A stretch of DNA of 63,322 bases, filler included, from Rhabdomonas costata (GCA_019059605.1; 49 parts of 49 records of this genome joined end to end with filler, not necessarily neighbours in it), one strand, 5' to 3'. Numbered from the whole stretch's first letter, positions 25,062 to 38,845 are shown. The notes: a model not told the origin generated them from the letters alone. Numbers and translations: made by a program.

Positions 25062-28000
25062 TCTTACACAGGCAACGGAACGTGAACGCGGAGGTGATGC
25101 AGACAAGTGTCGGTTTTTGGGGAATCACGGCTCGGCAACGATAGGAAGATTCCAGTGGGCAGCGCCCAGCAGGGAACGTTTGAAATCCATTCAGAACAAG
25201 CACAGACTGAACAATGCAAGCGAAGAGACAGCGACGTGCAGAGGAACGAGTTTCATTGATTATCAAATTAGTGAAGGGACATATGGTCATATGATATTGG
25301 CCCATCGAATGGGGAGGCAGAAACACCGGCCAGGGCGTGGTGACCCTTCTCTAAAACTCAGGAAAAGACTACGCATCCACCCATCACTTGGATTTTTCCC
25401 CTGAGGTCATGAGGTCAGCACGTAGCTGATCAGGCCAATGGGCTCCTTTTGGCCTCCTTTAATCAAAGTGCAAGGAGGTCATGCCACTCATCTTTACTTA
25501 ACTTGGCTGCGACTCCTGACACTCCAGAACATGAGTAGAACCTCAAAACATCGGTTTATATTGAGCGGTACTTTAACTCAGGAAAAGTGTTCGATTTCAG
25601 AAAGAATAGTGGGCGGCAGATCAACATCGATGCACAGCAATCAAAACGGCGTTCCCCTCCTCTATCCCATTTCACGCTGAATCGAAAATCTTCGCAGCTG
25701 TGCAACGACTGTCTGAAAGGCCACCTCCGGCGGCGAATTCCGAAGATACATACGTTCTGCTCGCACAGGGCACCGATCNNNNNNNNNNNNNNNNNNNNNN
25801 NNNNNNNNNNNNNNNNNNNNNNTTAATTAATTAANNNNNNNNNNNNNNNNNNNNNNNNNNNNNNNNNNNNNNNNNNNNGGTGTTGTTGGGGAGTGAATTG
25901 GGTCGCGCCGCTGATGGCCGTTTGGGCATTGGGGAGTTTAGGGTCACTGCTGCTATTGTCAGTATGTGAGACTGTTCTCCGGTGTTGATTTGGCATGGAA
26001 GCGTTTTACGTTTCTGGGCGGAGTAGGCAGAGATTGCTGTCCTGCTGTGTGATGAACCGGTGCACGTGCACCAGGATTCACAACAGGTTGATGGGGGATC
26101 TCCGCGCAAACCCAGAAAGTGCGCGTCTTTTTCTTTCATCCATCTTTCAGATATGTCACAGCTTTTCGCCAGTCAAAGGAAAGCAAGGCAAGGCACACAA
26201 TATAATGGGCCCAGAGGACGCCTCGACTCACAAACCTGGTCCCGGTAGGAGCAGCGAGACTCCTGCAGGTCGATGGTGCAGAACAAAAGGGCCTCCAGAT
26301 TTGCCTTGTACAACTAAATTGGAGGAGATGGTGGTGGAGGTGGTGGTGGGCAACAGGAAGAGGAAGTCCATCCAAAGGGACAGCTCGAGCCGTTTCCATT
26401 TCGCACACCGACACGACCCCTTTTCGGCCGCGCGGAGCGCAAAAAGTCGATTTCGAACAGAAAAACTCGCCATTGTTGTTTAAAAAAGGTGTCATCAAAA
26501 TTCCAATTAGCGGTTGTGTCGACGATTTCACAAGGACTCAAAGGCAATCACACCGCTATTATTCTCTTCGCTCTGGAGGCGTAGGCGGCCTGCTTTCTGA
26601 AAGAAAAATAGAAAGAAAATACCGTGAAATGAGCGCAACTTTCCTGTTTCAGTGCAAGACGATAGCCAGAGAAGAAAGAACAGGGCAGGATTGCAAAAAA
26701 AAAACCACTGAAGGATGTGTGCCAATTTTCCTTCTCGGAAACTGCTTTCGGATTGAGTTCGTTACGAAGGAGAAACACTATTGCTAACGCGGTGTGGGCT
26801 TTCGCGTCGACCATCCCAGTCCCTCGTTTCAACCACTACGAGGAGCGCGTGGACGGGGGAGAGGAGTTCGTTACTCACCTGCACTCCGGAAGCTCTGCCT
26901 CAACTTTTTCCAGGAATTTTTGCAGCCGCTCCGCACCTTGGTCGCGGAGCAGGCCCTCCAGGCTAACCACCACGGCGCCGTTGTTGCGGAGCCCCCAGTC
27001 CGAGCCAAGCTCCAATACAATCCCAGCCAGCGGAAACTTCTGGTTCCCAAAAAAACCAACCACACCCACCACNNNNNNNNNNNNNNNNNNNNNNNNNNNN
27101 NNNNNNNNNNNNNNNNTTAATTAATTAANNNNNNNNNNNNNNNNNNNNNNNNNNNNNNNNNNNNNNNNNNNNTTAATTCTTCCTGGATTGTCGCTGGTAT
27201 TTTGTGTGGTGGTGGGGTGGCGATGGGGGCGGTGGCGGTCAGCATTATTCACATTTGCGTTTGTCTTTCGCCTCACAGCGCCGTTCCTCAGGCAGATCAA
27301 AAGGCTGAGCAAACGAAGGTGGTGTTTCGTCATCGTTTTGGGCTCTAATTTTGGGGGGTCAGAGCAGCATAAATTCACGAAAAAGCATACTTCCTATTCC
27401 AGATTTGACTGTCTCTCTTTTTTTCCAGGTGATGACGCCCTCGACGGATGCTCGATGGTTGTCTGACCTTCAGGAGGTGCCCTGCAGCCTTGTGCAGCGT
27501 CGTGAACTGTCCCTTGCATTCAAATTTAAAACTTGAGACATTTGCACCATTGGAACAAAACACACTCGAGATGTTCCCTTTTCGTGTCACACTCTCAAAC
27601 TAGTGAAACAGGAAAGTGCTGTGTCCAACATGTATGGCTGGAACGTTTGTCAATATGTTTGAACATCCTTACCTTTGCCCCGGCATCCCGTCCATGCTAC
27701 AGCATCGTAGTTTAGCGGGGGGGTGGGGGTCATACTTTTATTGGCAAGCGTTGTTGGGACGACTGCCATTGTCCCTTTCAGAAAGTTGCGCGGTTCATTC
27801 AGCAGAGACGGGAAGAGACCCGTCGGGTCCAGGACGAGCTGGCCAGTGAGCCGCTGCCCGTGGACTGGGACCCTGGTGTGACCCACATGCCCTCATCCAG
27901 GCTCTTCTGCTTTGCTCAGCAGCCGTTTCTATCCGTCGAAGGCTTCCCCGATGTGCTCTTTACGCACGTCTTTTGCTCTGCAGCAGCCATTGTTCTCGCG

Positions 28001-28474
28001 GTATTTTGCTGTTTGAACCTATCCTCTTGATAGACCACCTAACAGAAACACAGTTAGGAACCAATCGCTTTGTTTGTTTGCCTTTCGTCTCGGACATCAT
28101 TCTTCGCCCTACACAAAGTGTGCCTCCGCACTCCCTTCCTTTGCTCGCTGTAGGGGTGCTTGGCAACGCGTTTGCGGCCGCTGTGAACGCCACCCGGGCA
28201 TGGGCCTACCTCGGTACGCGAGCCCTTAATTACCACCTCCCATTCCCTAGTGCACCTGCGGCGTCCTTCTTTTTTGAAATATCAGTGTACTCTCCCCCGC
28301 CTTCCTCCCGTGGACATTGCGTTTACCATCTATCCCCTCATTAACCACCCACCAACCACACCCAACACNNNNNNNNNNNNNNNNNNNNNNNNNNNNNNNN
28401 NNNNNNNNNNNNTTAATTAATTAANNNNNNNNNNNNNNNNNNNNNNNNNNNNNNNNNNNNNNNNNNNNTTGGGG

Positions 28475-28816
28475 TGGGGAAGATCTCCGAGGGCCGCACC
28501 CCGGAGTGCCAGACCCCGAGGAAGGTGAGGTTGCTGCCCTGCTCCGGGGCGGCAGGGGAGGGCCGCACCGGGCCCCCATCGGAGGAGGTCAGGATGACGA
28601 GCCACTCCTGGGAACGCAACACAAGGGAACTGAAGAAATATGAGAAGAAGAGCAGCGGCCAACAGAACAGCTGCGCTTCGTTCCCTGAAAAAACCGGATT
28701 TCTCTGTTATAAAATAATAATAACCATGAATAAAAAATAATAATGAAAGTTTTTAGGTTGGGGCATTTCAGCAGCACCCATCCTGTTTTCGGTCCGATCG
28801 TCAGGAGATCACATTC

Positions 28817-28864
<48 letters not shown>

Positions 28865-29392
28865 GGAGCGGGATTTGGCACCCCTTCGGCTGAATTCTTC
28901 GCCTTACTCACAGGACACCTTTCCAGCATGATCCTACTGGACTGTACCCGCTGGAAGGCAAAGCATTAGTATCCAGGCCTCCAATGGTCAACAATGCGTT
29001 GGTCATGTGGCGCATTGAAAAAGACCTCATACAACCCAAAATAGTTAGTACTCTCTAAAATTGGCCTGGAGATGCTCCTGTCCGCTCGCACCGGGGTGGG
29101 TTAAAATGCACCCAAACGCGCAAAATCAACAGACAAAATGGAACTACAGGTATTTGCGACCGACCCAGATTGAGAAAAACTGGCACTGTTCGGGGGCCTG
29201 GCATCCCCAAAGGGTGTGTGGCGCGGCCGCCGAGACCTCGCCCTTGCGCTGGGTGATCCCGCTGAGGAACTCCGAGACCCGCGTGTTCACCTGGCGGGCG
29301 GCCTGGATGTACCTCCGGGAACGGTGGTGGAAGCCCCCCGCGCGGCGCGGGCCGTCCAGGTACACAAACGTGGCGTCCGGGCAGTCCCCCTC
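28475..29392 (-). CDS. Alkaline phosphatase / nucleotide pyrophosphatase superfamily-like protein, partial, 2 exons
   Basis: Exon 29392-29237 reads PDATFVYLDGPRRAGGFHHRSRRYIQAARQVNTRVSEFLSGITQR. The exon from 28607 reads EWLVILTSSDGG. This resembles PD..FVY....D.AGH...Y..A...VD..IG.....EDWLVIVTTDHGG. Confidence 0.65.
28819..28861 (+). repeat. (GT)n microsatellite, intronic
   Basis: About 21 GT units. Confidence 0.97.
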
Positions 29393-31073
29393 CTAGTGGT
29401 GTTTTTTGTGTGTGCTTTTGCGTGTGCGTGCCCAGAACGGCAACCTCACCAAATGGGTCGGCGACAGTTCACGAGAGAGATGAGAGAGGCATTCCAAATG
29501 GGGTCCAGGGTACAGAAAGAGACGCCGGGAGGCCACACGAGAGATGAGACCGGCATGTATTTTGACCACTGCTAATCACGTTATTACCCCCCCCTCAACC
29601 AGCTTAGAATATAAAATTCAGTCCCCCCGGGCTTCTGTTGCACGCCCATTTGGTGAGGTTGCCGTTCTGGGCACAACCACCCNNNNNNNNNNNNNNNNNN
29701 NNNNNNNNNNNNNNNNNNNNNNNNNNTTAATTAATTAANNNNNNNNNNNNNNNNNNNNNNNNNNNNNNNNNNNNNNNNNNNNCGCTGGTCACTAAAGTCC
29801 CGGGGGAGGTGATGGGGATGGCCGGGATGCCCAGCTCCAGGTCGGGCGCCTGAGAAAGCTCCCCTGTGATTTTTTCAAAGACAGTTCTCTGTTTCCTTTC
29901 CTTTTTTTTACAATGTTCGCGCAACAGTCGTGAAAGAGAAAAAAGAACCGCAGAACATATATCCCACGCCGGGCATTCTGTACATTACCCTCCAAATTTC
30001 AGAAGACAAAAAACGGCAAATGAATAAGCAAGGCCTCTCGCAATGTAACCCAAAAATATGTTTGGGGGCATGACGAACCACTGCAAGGGTGGTACCTTTT
30101 ATGGAGCCTGAGGAGTGTGAGACTTCCCTTTTTATGTATTTTTCTGCAAGGCGAAAAGATGGCTGATCGTGAGTCCCCTCCACCCTGATTCAACACACAC
30201 ACACTTACGCAAGGTTTTGCGCAAAGTTTTGGAAGGGAGGAGCTGTATCGCGACAAGGACAACGAGCCATGCCCTGCAATGGAACAAACAGTCACTAGCC
30301 CAAGGAGTTGAAAACTCCAAAAAGCCTGAGGTACAACCACCAACTGGTCCCCCTATTAAAAAACTGACTAACAAAGAGATGGTTCTTCTGTTTCACCCCA
30401 TTTCCAACAATGCACGGCACTGGTTTGTGTGAATGGATTGCTTTTTTTTATGGTTCATGGAAACACACACACATACAATGTGCATCAGCCTTAGAGGAGG
30501 TCTTTGCTGCCTCTAGCAGGCTTTCGGATTCTTTCCCGCTGCCTGACACACATACAAACACACACCGCGGTCCGGAAGACTTTCCACTACGCACTGCATC
30601 AGCCCCCCAGAGGCCTCCGACACGGGCAGGAAGAACGACACCCGCTTCCCTGTGGTGCCCTGCATACTCAGATTGGACGCCGCTGGGGGGTCGTCCCTCC
30701 GAAGCACAAAACGCCCCTATCGCGAACAGACACAAGAAGAAGGCAAAGAAGTGACAGCTCGGAGTCGAACAATTTTTCGCCGAAGATGCCAGAAGCGGCT
30801 GTTTCCGATTCCAACTGCGGCGCTCAGGCTCAGGGAATCCTTTTTTCTTTCGCAGTTTTTTGGCACGACGTTTTTTTTCTTGTAATTATGTGCGAAACAA
30901 ACACAAATATTTCTCGCAGAAACATCTGCTTTTCCACCAACCTCGGAAGACAAAGCAAAACTTCACAACACCCNNNNNNNNNNNNNNNNNNNNNNNNNNN
31001 NNNNNNNNNNNNNNNNNTTAATTAATTAANNNNNNNNNNNNNNNNNNNNNNNNNNNNNNNNNNNNNNNNNNNN

Positions 31074-31637
31074 CTTCTGGAACTGTTCGGGCTGCAGGGT
31101 GGGCAAGAAGAGCTGACCGCGGCACAGGCCATGCAGCACCCCTTTTTTGCTGAGGTGTTCCGCCCCGAACACTTGAAGGTGTGCGTGAGCGTGTGCGCAT
31201 AGCATAGCATAGCAAAAGCGCAGTGCCGACGCCGGACTGTGGTGCTTGGAATTGGGGTGCGCTGCTGCTGCTGCGCCGTATTGCAGGACAAGACCCTTGC
31301 TAGTGATGGTTTCTTCATTGGGGGCATGAGTCGTAACGATGTGAGCTATCACTGCCTCGCCTATCCACTGTTTGTCAGTCGTCAGACTTTCGCGACACTC
31401 TTTAACACACTCCGTTATAGTGAATGAATGATGTGATTCTGATGGTTGTCTTACGAACTTTAAGGAAAGGAGTGGGTTACAGCATCCCCCTGAAGACAAA
31501 GTTGGAGCCCAGCCCTTTTTTTATAGGTTGTTGGCAATCCCTTCACGGGGGTGACAATGTTGGAGGGGGACCCCGAGGCGATTTCCGAGAACGACAGCGA
31601 GGCCATCCTTACCTTTGTGAACCGAGCTGTGTCCAAA
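31074..31637 (+). CDS. Protein kinase C-terminal region (CMGC/MAPK-like), partial, 2 exons
   Basis: LTAAQAMQHPFFAEVFRPEHLK (subdomain XI-like, ends 31178) joins in phase 0 to exon 31527-31637, VVGNPFTG... Confidence 0.55.
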
Positions 31638-32595
31638 GTAGCTCTGCGCTTCTGCACTTTTCACGGAATTAGAAACGTCGGCTTTTTATTTTTGCGCCTC
31701 ACGCACTCAGATTGTTTCTCTGGCCGGTTGCTCGGTGCCTCGGTCAGTGGCGAGTGCCATACACACGCATTAAGTTATTGTTAATTTATGTTGAGTACCC
31801 CCCCCCCCAAGTGCAGTGGTGTCCCAGCGGGTGTGCGCATCGCCTCTGCCGCGTGTTCTGGTGCGTGTACGCTCTCTGTTGGCAGATGATTACCGGTGCG
31901 AGTGTCCGTTCTTGTGCATCCGGATTTCGCCCATGGGCTTTCACATACGCCGCACGTGGCATTTCAGATTTATTTTCCATGATTGCTTACTTCTCTTACT
32001 ACTCTTTAGTTTGCCGCCACGCAGGGCTGCCACTTCTCCATTTCCATCCATTTCCATCCCGGGTGCTCCTTTCCCCGTATCTCCATGGCAGAGCCTTGCG
32101 CTTGCGTCTGCCTCTTTTAATGTGTGTGCGTCCTCTTTTGGTAAAAAGCCCTAGTAGCCTTTCTCTCTCTCTTCCAGTGGTCTGGTCAGCTCTCTCACGA
32201 GGCGTCTATTCGTGCAGCCCAGGCGGAGGTGGACTCGCTGTGCCCTGGGCGGTACCTCTTGCTCAAGNNNNNNNNNNNNNNNNNNNNNNNNNNNNNNNNN
32301 NNNNNNNNNNNTTAATTAATTAANNNNNNNNNNNNNNNNNNNNNNNNNNNNNNNNNNNNNNNNNNNNGGGCGAGTGACTCGCGTTCGTCACTGAGCAGTG
32401 CTCCCCACGCAGACATCTTACGTGTGGATCAGTATGAAGCTCTGGGGGTCGGAAGTGGCGGAAAATCTTTTCTGCTGTGGTCGAGCCCTTGCGATACACC
32501 AGTTTCGCGGAGACTTCGGGGGACCCAACCCATGCACGACTCCACAAGTACCAAAACAGAAAACAACACCAAAATTGAACTCCCACAAAAAAAAG

Positions 32596-33535
32596 ACCCT
32601 GGGCTCGCACTGGAGGGCCTGGGAGCGGGTGCTGCGGTACGGCGGGGACTATGGTGGGGATGCTCCGCGGAGTGTCATGCGGGCCGCCCTCTCGCGGCAC
32701 ATCGCCGCGATTGGGCTGCTGTGCGCGCGCTGCCCAGGCCTGCGTCTGGAAGGCTCTGCGCTGTTGCGGGACCTTCTGAAGATTCCCGAGGACCAGCCGT
32801 TTCCTGAGCTGGGCGGCATCTTCACGACAGACTTCGAGGTAACATCTACCACAGATTTTGTACCCTCAACGCACACACACAGCTCAAGATGCAATAGCAA
32901 TATCTCCGATATTGAGGCTACATGACGCGCCATAGCTTTTTCCGCCGCACTCTTTTGCTGTTTTTCAAAAGTTAAAAAGAAGAAAAAACACAAAAATCTG
33001 CGAATGAGCTGTCTTCCTGGACCTGCTGAAAGCCTCTGTCTTCGTTTTGTGTGTTTGTTTTCCAGGCTGCCTTATTATGAATTCTTTCTCGATGTCTTCT
33101 CGTTTTTGCTTGGGTGCAGTGTGGTGTGGCGTCAAAACCAAATGGCAAAAATTCCCGACATACTACGCATGGAAAATTTCCTGTAAAAAACAACCAAAAA
33201 AGTAATCTCTGCAGTATCCTAGGTGGTGATGTAAAAATAACTGCTCACGGAAATGTCCAATGCCTCGTATACCAGCTGCATACTAGACTTGGTGCGGGGG
33301 GGCTAACCCTAACCCTTATCTTCGCTCACGTCCCGGTTTCGTTCTCGCCGCCACTTTGCAGGGGTTCGATCTGAGACAGCGGCTAGGGGGCTGCGCGCAC
33401 CCCGTTCTGAAGTTCATCGGCCTGCGACGGGCAGGTCAGCGGGACCCCCGATGCCCATGGGCCCGGCTGGAGCTCCACGTGGAGGACACGTCGGACCTCA
33501 TCCCCAGCACAGAGACCACGCTACTGAGTGATGCA
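32596..33535 (+). CDS. Hypothetical protein, partial, 2 exons
   Basis: GC-rich exons 32596-32838 and 33362-~33535 join in phase 0 across a GT-AG intron. No family recognised. Confidence 0.55.
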
Positions 33536-33661
33536 CCCACAAACCCACACACACCCAACACNNNNNNNNNNNNNNNNNNNNNNNNNNNNNNNNNNNNNNN
33601 NNNNNTTAATTAATTAANNNNNNNNNNNNNNNNNNNNNNNNNNNNNNNNNNNNNNNNNNNN

Positions 33662-34829
33662 CAACGGCACGGCCAACCACTACACGGTGTGGCCGGCCAC
33701 GCAGAGCTGCGCGGATTGCGGTGGGGAAGGCGTGGAAGGGCTCTGGAGGGACTCGGATTGGATGAGGCGGCGTGGGGAGGAGAGCGCCGAGAATACCATG
33801 TTCAACTCCTCGCAGCGGGTGTGCCATCAGACTGCTTATTACGCTGATTGTGTTTCAGATGGTTGCCTCTGTGTGACTTTTCTGTTTCGATGTCCCAGCT
33901 TGTCAGTGCCTTGGGTTTGCCACGACATGTCTTCCACGTCCACGTATGGTGCCCGCCCTCCTCATTCGAACTTGGTATGTTGTGTGCATCCGTGCTTGCA
34001 GAAGAACAAAACGGCACAGTTAGGGCGCTGCTGATGTGCCGGTGTGACAACGGAAACAAGGATCTCCCCCAAAAGGCAATAAGTACGGTGAGCCAGGATG
34101 TCAGACGCGCCCCATTGCACCAGTCGGCCATCTCAAAACCACTGGCAAACCACCTCAAAACCACTCCCGGGCATCCAAAACTATTCAAAAACCACTGCCG
34201 TGGTTTGAAACCCCCCCACTTCGTCGATCCCTAACCACAGTTGTTGTTTTGCAACTACTTTTGTAAGTTTATCGTTCAAAGCCATATGACGTCAGTGCAT
34301 TTTAAATTTTCAAGGCGAAATTCGAGTTTAAGATTTCGGGTGTAAGTTGGAACCGCGGGGGGTGGGTGGCGGGGTGAAGCCACGTCTCTCCTAACTGAGA
34401 ACCCCCGAACCCCCAAAGCAAGTGCTGTGCCACTCCCCGGCCACGAAGTGAGAGAGGAGCAGGAAAATGACAGGGCGACTCTCACCGAGGGCCCGCAGAG
34501 GATGGGCGCGGTGAAAAGAGGAATTCATGTTCACTCGTAGCTGTTGGAAGCTGATTGGCCCCTCCCCCAACACACACATGCGCACGTCTTGATGGTGAGA
34601 GGAAGCTCCTCTTCTTGCCCAGCTGTGGTACAAGTACGCCCTGAACTCCAGCGGAGAGGTGGTCTTTGCCCCTACCTTCACCACCCTGATGCCCTCGAAG
34701 GGTTCTCTGAGCAGTGTGCTGGCAATGCCTGTGGTGGTTCCGGTTCACCACGCCAACCACACCGACAGCCCGTTTGCGGTTGCGATGACGACGTGCACAC
34801 AGGAGCGGTTTGACGACTTGCTGAAGTCG
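33662..34829 (+). CDS. Cache-type extracellular sensor domain protein (paralog A), partial, 2 exons
   Basis: The exon ending 33818 reads ...WPATQSCADC...GLWRDSDW...FNSSQR. Exon 34623-34829 reads LWYKYALNSSGEVVFAPTF...VLAMPV...FAVAMTT. This fits the Cache pattern (F/Y)D...RPWY..A...PY...A.PV...GV. Confidence 0.7.
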
Positions 34830-36252
34830 GTGTGCTTCTAACTCGAGCCTCCCGANNNNNNNNNNNNNNNNNNNNNNNNNNNNNNNNNNNNNNNNNNNNT
34901 TAATTAATTAANNNNNNNNNNNNNNNNNNNNNNNNNNNNNNNNNNNNNNNNNNNNTACAAAGTAAATTAGCACTACAAGTCGTACAAGTCGTATATCATA
35001 TATAATATGCCACACGCAGCTGATCTCCGGAGGCCTGTAATGCGTGTTAAATTGGTGTGTAATCAATCCAGAAAATATGACAAGATTCCATTAGGTGATT
35101 CTTTTACATTGGTATGAGATAGTTGTCGGGGTACACATTGATGCATGAAATAGATTAAGTCTACATAAAAGTCTCCATAAAGTCAACAGTGCTGGCATTT
35201 AAGTTTTGCTAACCGTGCTAGTGACAGTTTTATGTACCGATGTCGCTAATATGATGTCAAATTGTTGCCGCGCTGCTTATAGAGCCCATTTCCACGGATA
35301 GAGAAATGCAAGCCGGATCCCGAAGCAACACACGCCTAAAATTGAAACCAAAGTTCTGCCCTCTTCCCACATGGCTGGTATACCGCAGCTCCGGAAGATA
35401 GTTACCAAGTCCAGATAGCGATACAGTCATCTTCGTTATGGGGGTTTCAAACCATATGATCGGTGGGAGCGCCCACCAGGGCAGACTGTATACCAGCCAA
35501 TTGGCAGGACCTGGATCTGGAGGACATAGCGACGGAATATTTGAAGTATACGACGGTATAACGGTCTGGGTATCGCACTATGTTGTGATTGTATGACACA
35601 TCCGTATCACTCCATGTGGTTTTATGGCCTTGGTACCTACTCAAAGACGCTAACTACAATACACACGACAAAACTCCACTTCCATGTGGTCGTGTATTCC
35701 ATGCAGTCGGCGCCTTGCGCGTGGAATGGCCCGCATGTCTAGTAAATTTCGGCGATGTTGCGGTTAACCGCAATGGAACTTTATGGAAAAAGAATGACCA
35801 TACACACATCAATATATATAAAACTTCACACTACCCTAAGTTTTGATGCTGGAAAAACGTGAAAAATGGGCGGGGTGGTATCAAAGCTGGAATGGCAGCA
35901 GCACGTTGGGCCATATCTCTGGTTAGCTGGGTTTTTGTTTAGAAATCTCCGACGCCAGAAAGAGTACTACCAAGTCATCGGGAACGTCTAGTAGAGACTA
36001 GCGGAATTGGAAACAACTGGTCCGAAGGAAGCGGCGGGAGGCATAGTGAGGGCAAAAAGAATGGAGGAAGCCGCAAGTCTCGTGACAAAGCTCTGGAAGC
36101 AAGAAAGACCAAATCCAATCACAGCAACGCAAGGGGAAAACACCCCACCNNNNNNNNNNNNNNNNNNNNNNNNNNNNNNNNNNNNNNNNNNNNTTAATTA
36201 ATTAANNNNNNNNNNNNNNNNNNNNNNNNNNNNNNNNNNNNNNNNNNNNGGG

Positions 36253-36410
36253 TGTTCTACGCGAAGGCCCAGCCATCTGTGGTCAGTCGACCAACAGTAA
36301 CATGGAGAACAAGGTGAAAGCAACTTTGATTGAGCATCCGTTGCTTTCACCTTGTTCTCCATGTTACTGTTGGTCGACTGACCACAGATGGCTGGGCCTT
36401 CGCGTAGAAC
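36253..36410. repeat. Contig-end fold-back palindrome (~70-bp arms)
   Basis: GTTCTACGCGAAGG...GAAAGCAAC is mirrored by GTTGCTTTC...CCTTCGCGTAGAAC. Confidence 0.88.
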
Positions 36411-36591
36411 AGCTGGACCAGACTGTCCCTGCTCTTTGTGTTTGTCTGTCACGTCACTGTAGCAACAGAGGTCGGCATGGAAACAAATCAAACTTATTTA
36501 TTGGCAAGTTTCGCTTTCCTTGCGTTATTTCTGCACAAACTGAATGCTGTCCGTCTAAAAATGTTGTGAAGTGGAGAAAAATGGCGTAGAT

Positions 36592-36633
36592 CTTGTTGTT
36601 CTTGTTGTTCTTGTTGTTCTTGTTGTTCTTGTT
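36592..36633 (+). repeat. (CTTGTTGTT)n tandem repeat
   Basis: About 4.5 copies of a 9-mer. Confidence 0.85.
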
Positions 36634-38845
36634 GGTTCAAGGGTGAGTTAGGGTGACGACCTCCAGACCAGTAAAGAAACCTTCATCTTCGAGAGATAAA
36701 AAAAAGATGAATCATCAATAAACTGATCAACGAGGACAGTGACCGGGTTGTGTTTTACTGATACGGGGGTGGCCCTCCTTGATGTATTTTTGGATGATCA
36801 ATTTTTTCTTCAGGAAAGAAATCCGAGCCGATCCATTATTAACATTATTAACCATACCCCCCCCCCTCCACTGGTACACACGGGCGCAAGTAACGAGGTG
36901 TTTTTTGGTGCGATGACGGGGTTTGGGTTCAGCTGCAACACGGCGTCGACATGGCCCTCGTGAAAAGAGGGCGTCTTCTGTGTGCGCCAGCAATGCGTAC
37001 TGCTCCACGGAGGAGCTTTTGAGCCTTGAAAATGCCACCTTGTATGAACTCAGATCAGCGGGCGTCCTCCCCTCCACATTGGTGCTGTCTTTGATGCTTT
37101 TTCACGTCGTGGTTCTTGAGACTTACACTCATTGCTTCATCCGGTTGAAAGTGTCGGTTTTAGAACGGTTGCCCGATAAAAACGGTCGGTGTTTTGTAAA
37201 AAAAAAACTCTTCACGGCACTGCGGCACAGGCACAAGAGTTCGTGAAGAGTGCAACACAAAAAACAAACAATGTACAAGAAGGAACGCGAAAGAGATTTG
37301 CAGGGATAAACTAAGCACAAAAGAAACAAAGACTATAAAGCACAAAATACATGTAAATACAAAGACTGAAACAGGATAGGAATGTGAAGGTGACAAAAAT
37401 GGCATTGGTGGAGGATAGACCACACCCACCAAACACACCCACCNNNNNNNNNNNNNNNNNNNNNNNNNNNNNNNNNNNNNNNNNNNNTTAATTAATTAAN
37501 NNNNNNNNNNNNNNNNNNNNNNNNNNNNNNNNNNNNNNNNNNNGGGGTTGTTTGAGAAAAAAGACAAAACAATGCAACCATTGTGATCGTTTTCGGGAAG
37601 AAGGTGGAGGGCTCGGGGTTCTCACTTTTGGTTTGCAAGGACTTGGCCGGCCCTCCGGCGGGGTTCTCCATCCTGGACCCTGGCGCCCTGGACAGCGTCC
37701 GGAGCCCCAACGATGACCGCCGATCGGCGGGCTCCCGCTCCCGTGCCGGTTCCCGTGCAGGTGTGCTGCCAGAAGGTGCTGCGGTTCATATGGCAGCTCA
37801 CTCGTTGATGATAAAATCCCGTCTCTTCGCCAAAATAAGGCGAAGTAACGTCTTTTCTGTTTTTCTTGTTGGACTTGGGACGCAGCCGTTGAACCGGAGA
37901 AGCCCTTCGGTTCGAAGGGCTTCTCTCTTGAAGGCCAACAATTTCCTGTGCTGAAGCTACGCAGCAGCTCTATGGCTCAGAAGACCATGTCCTTGCATGC
38001 GGTTTGTATGGCATAGAGCACTTCGTCCACCGCACTCAACGACAAACGAAGTCCACCGCAACGCGCACGAGACGGCACGGAGGAGTTGAGAAAACTTCGC
38101 GCCGCACCCCTCACTGCACTGACTCCACTGCAGGCTCCATTGCCCCCTCGGAGTATGGGGGGCGGCTCTCGGGGTTCCAGTTCCCCAACGCCGCCTCTGG
38201 AGGGCGCCGCACCAGCCAGCCCGGGACCACTCTCAGCCGTACCAGCACCAGCACCTTCACTCGAACTACCAGTGGGCTGGTCAGGGCAGGGTAGGTGCCC
38301 TCCGCCCTTGCATATCCCTCCTCCGCCCTTGCATATCCCTCCCATCTCCCAACGCCCGAAAACCACGGACCCTCCACCTTTTTTAATCTCATTTTCCTTT
38401 CATCTTATTATCGGCCACTTCATCCATGCTTCGTGTGTGTGGACAGCATCAACTCAAACCGGCAAACGAAGAAGCACACCTTTCCGCGAAAAGAGAAGAA
38501 ATTATCCGTCGCTCCGAAATATCTCTCATCCCTCGTGGTCAGCTTTCATCCTTCCACGCCCTGCCTTGGGCTCGCCTTCCTTTTTCCTCACGTAACAACA
38601 TGCAAAGGTCTCAGTCAGTTACCATTGCAACAAATTCAAGTTGCTTTTCCATTTAGTAACCCACCACCATCTATTCTTTTCGGGCACCTATTTGCAATTG
38701 TGATTTTATACATAGCGTGTTCTGCGAAGACTTCCACNNNNNNNNNNNNNNNNNNNNNNNNNNNNNNNNNNNNNNNNNNNNTTAATTAATTAANNNNNNN
38801 NNNNNNNNNNNNNNNNNNNNNNNNNNNNNNNNNNNNNTGTTGGGT

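Noticed and set aside
26770..26900. IANAVWAFAS resembling an OPR/RAP-associated repeat
   Set aside because: A single short match with no second repeat and unclear exon boundaries.
33303..33318. CTAACCCTAACCCTTA and other TTAGGG-like words (51900, 54181, 55952) as telomeres
   Set aside because: Only about 2 units, internal to contigs; not telomeric arrays.
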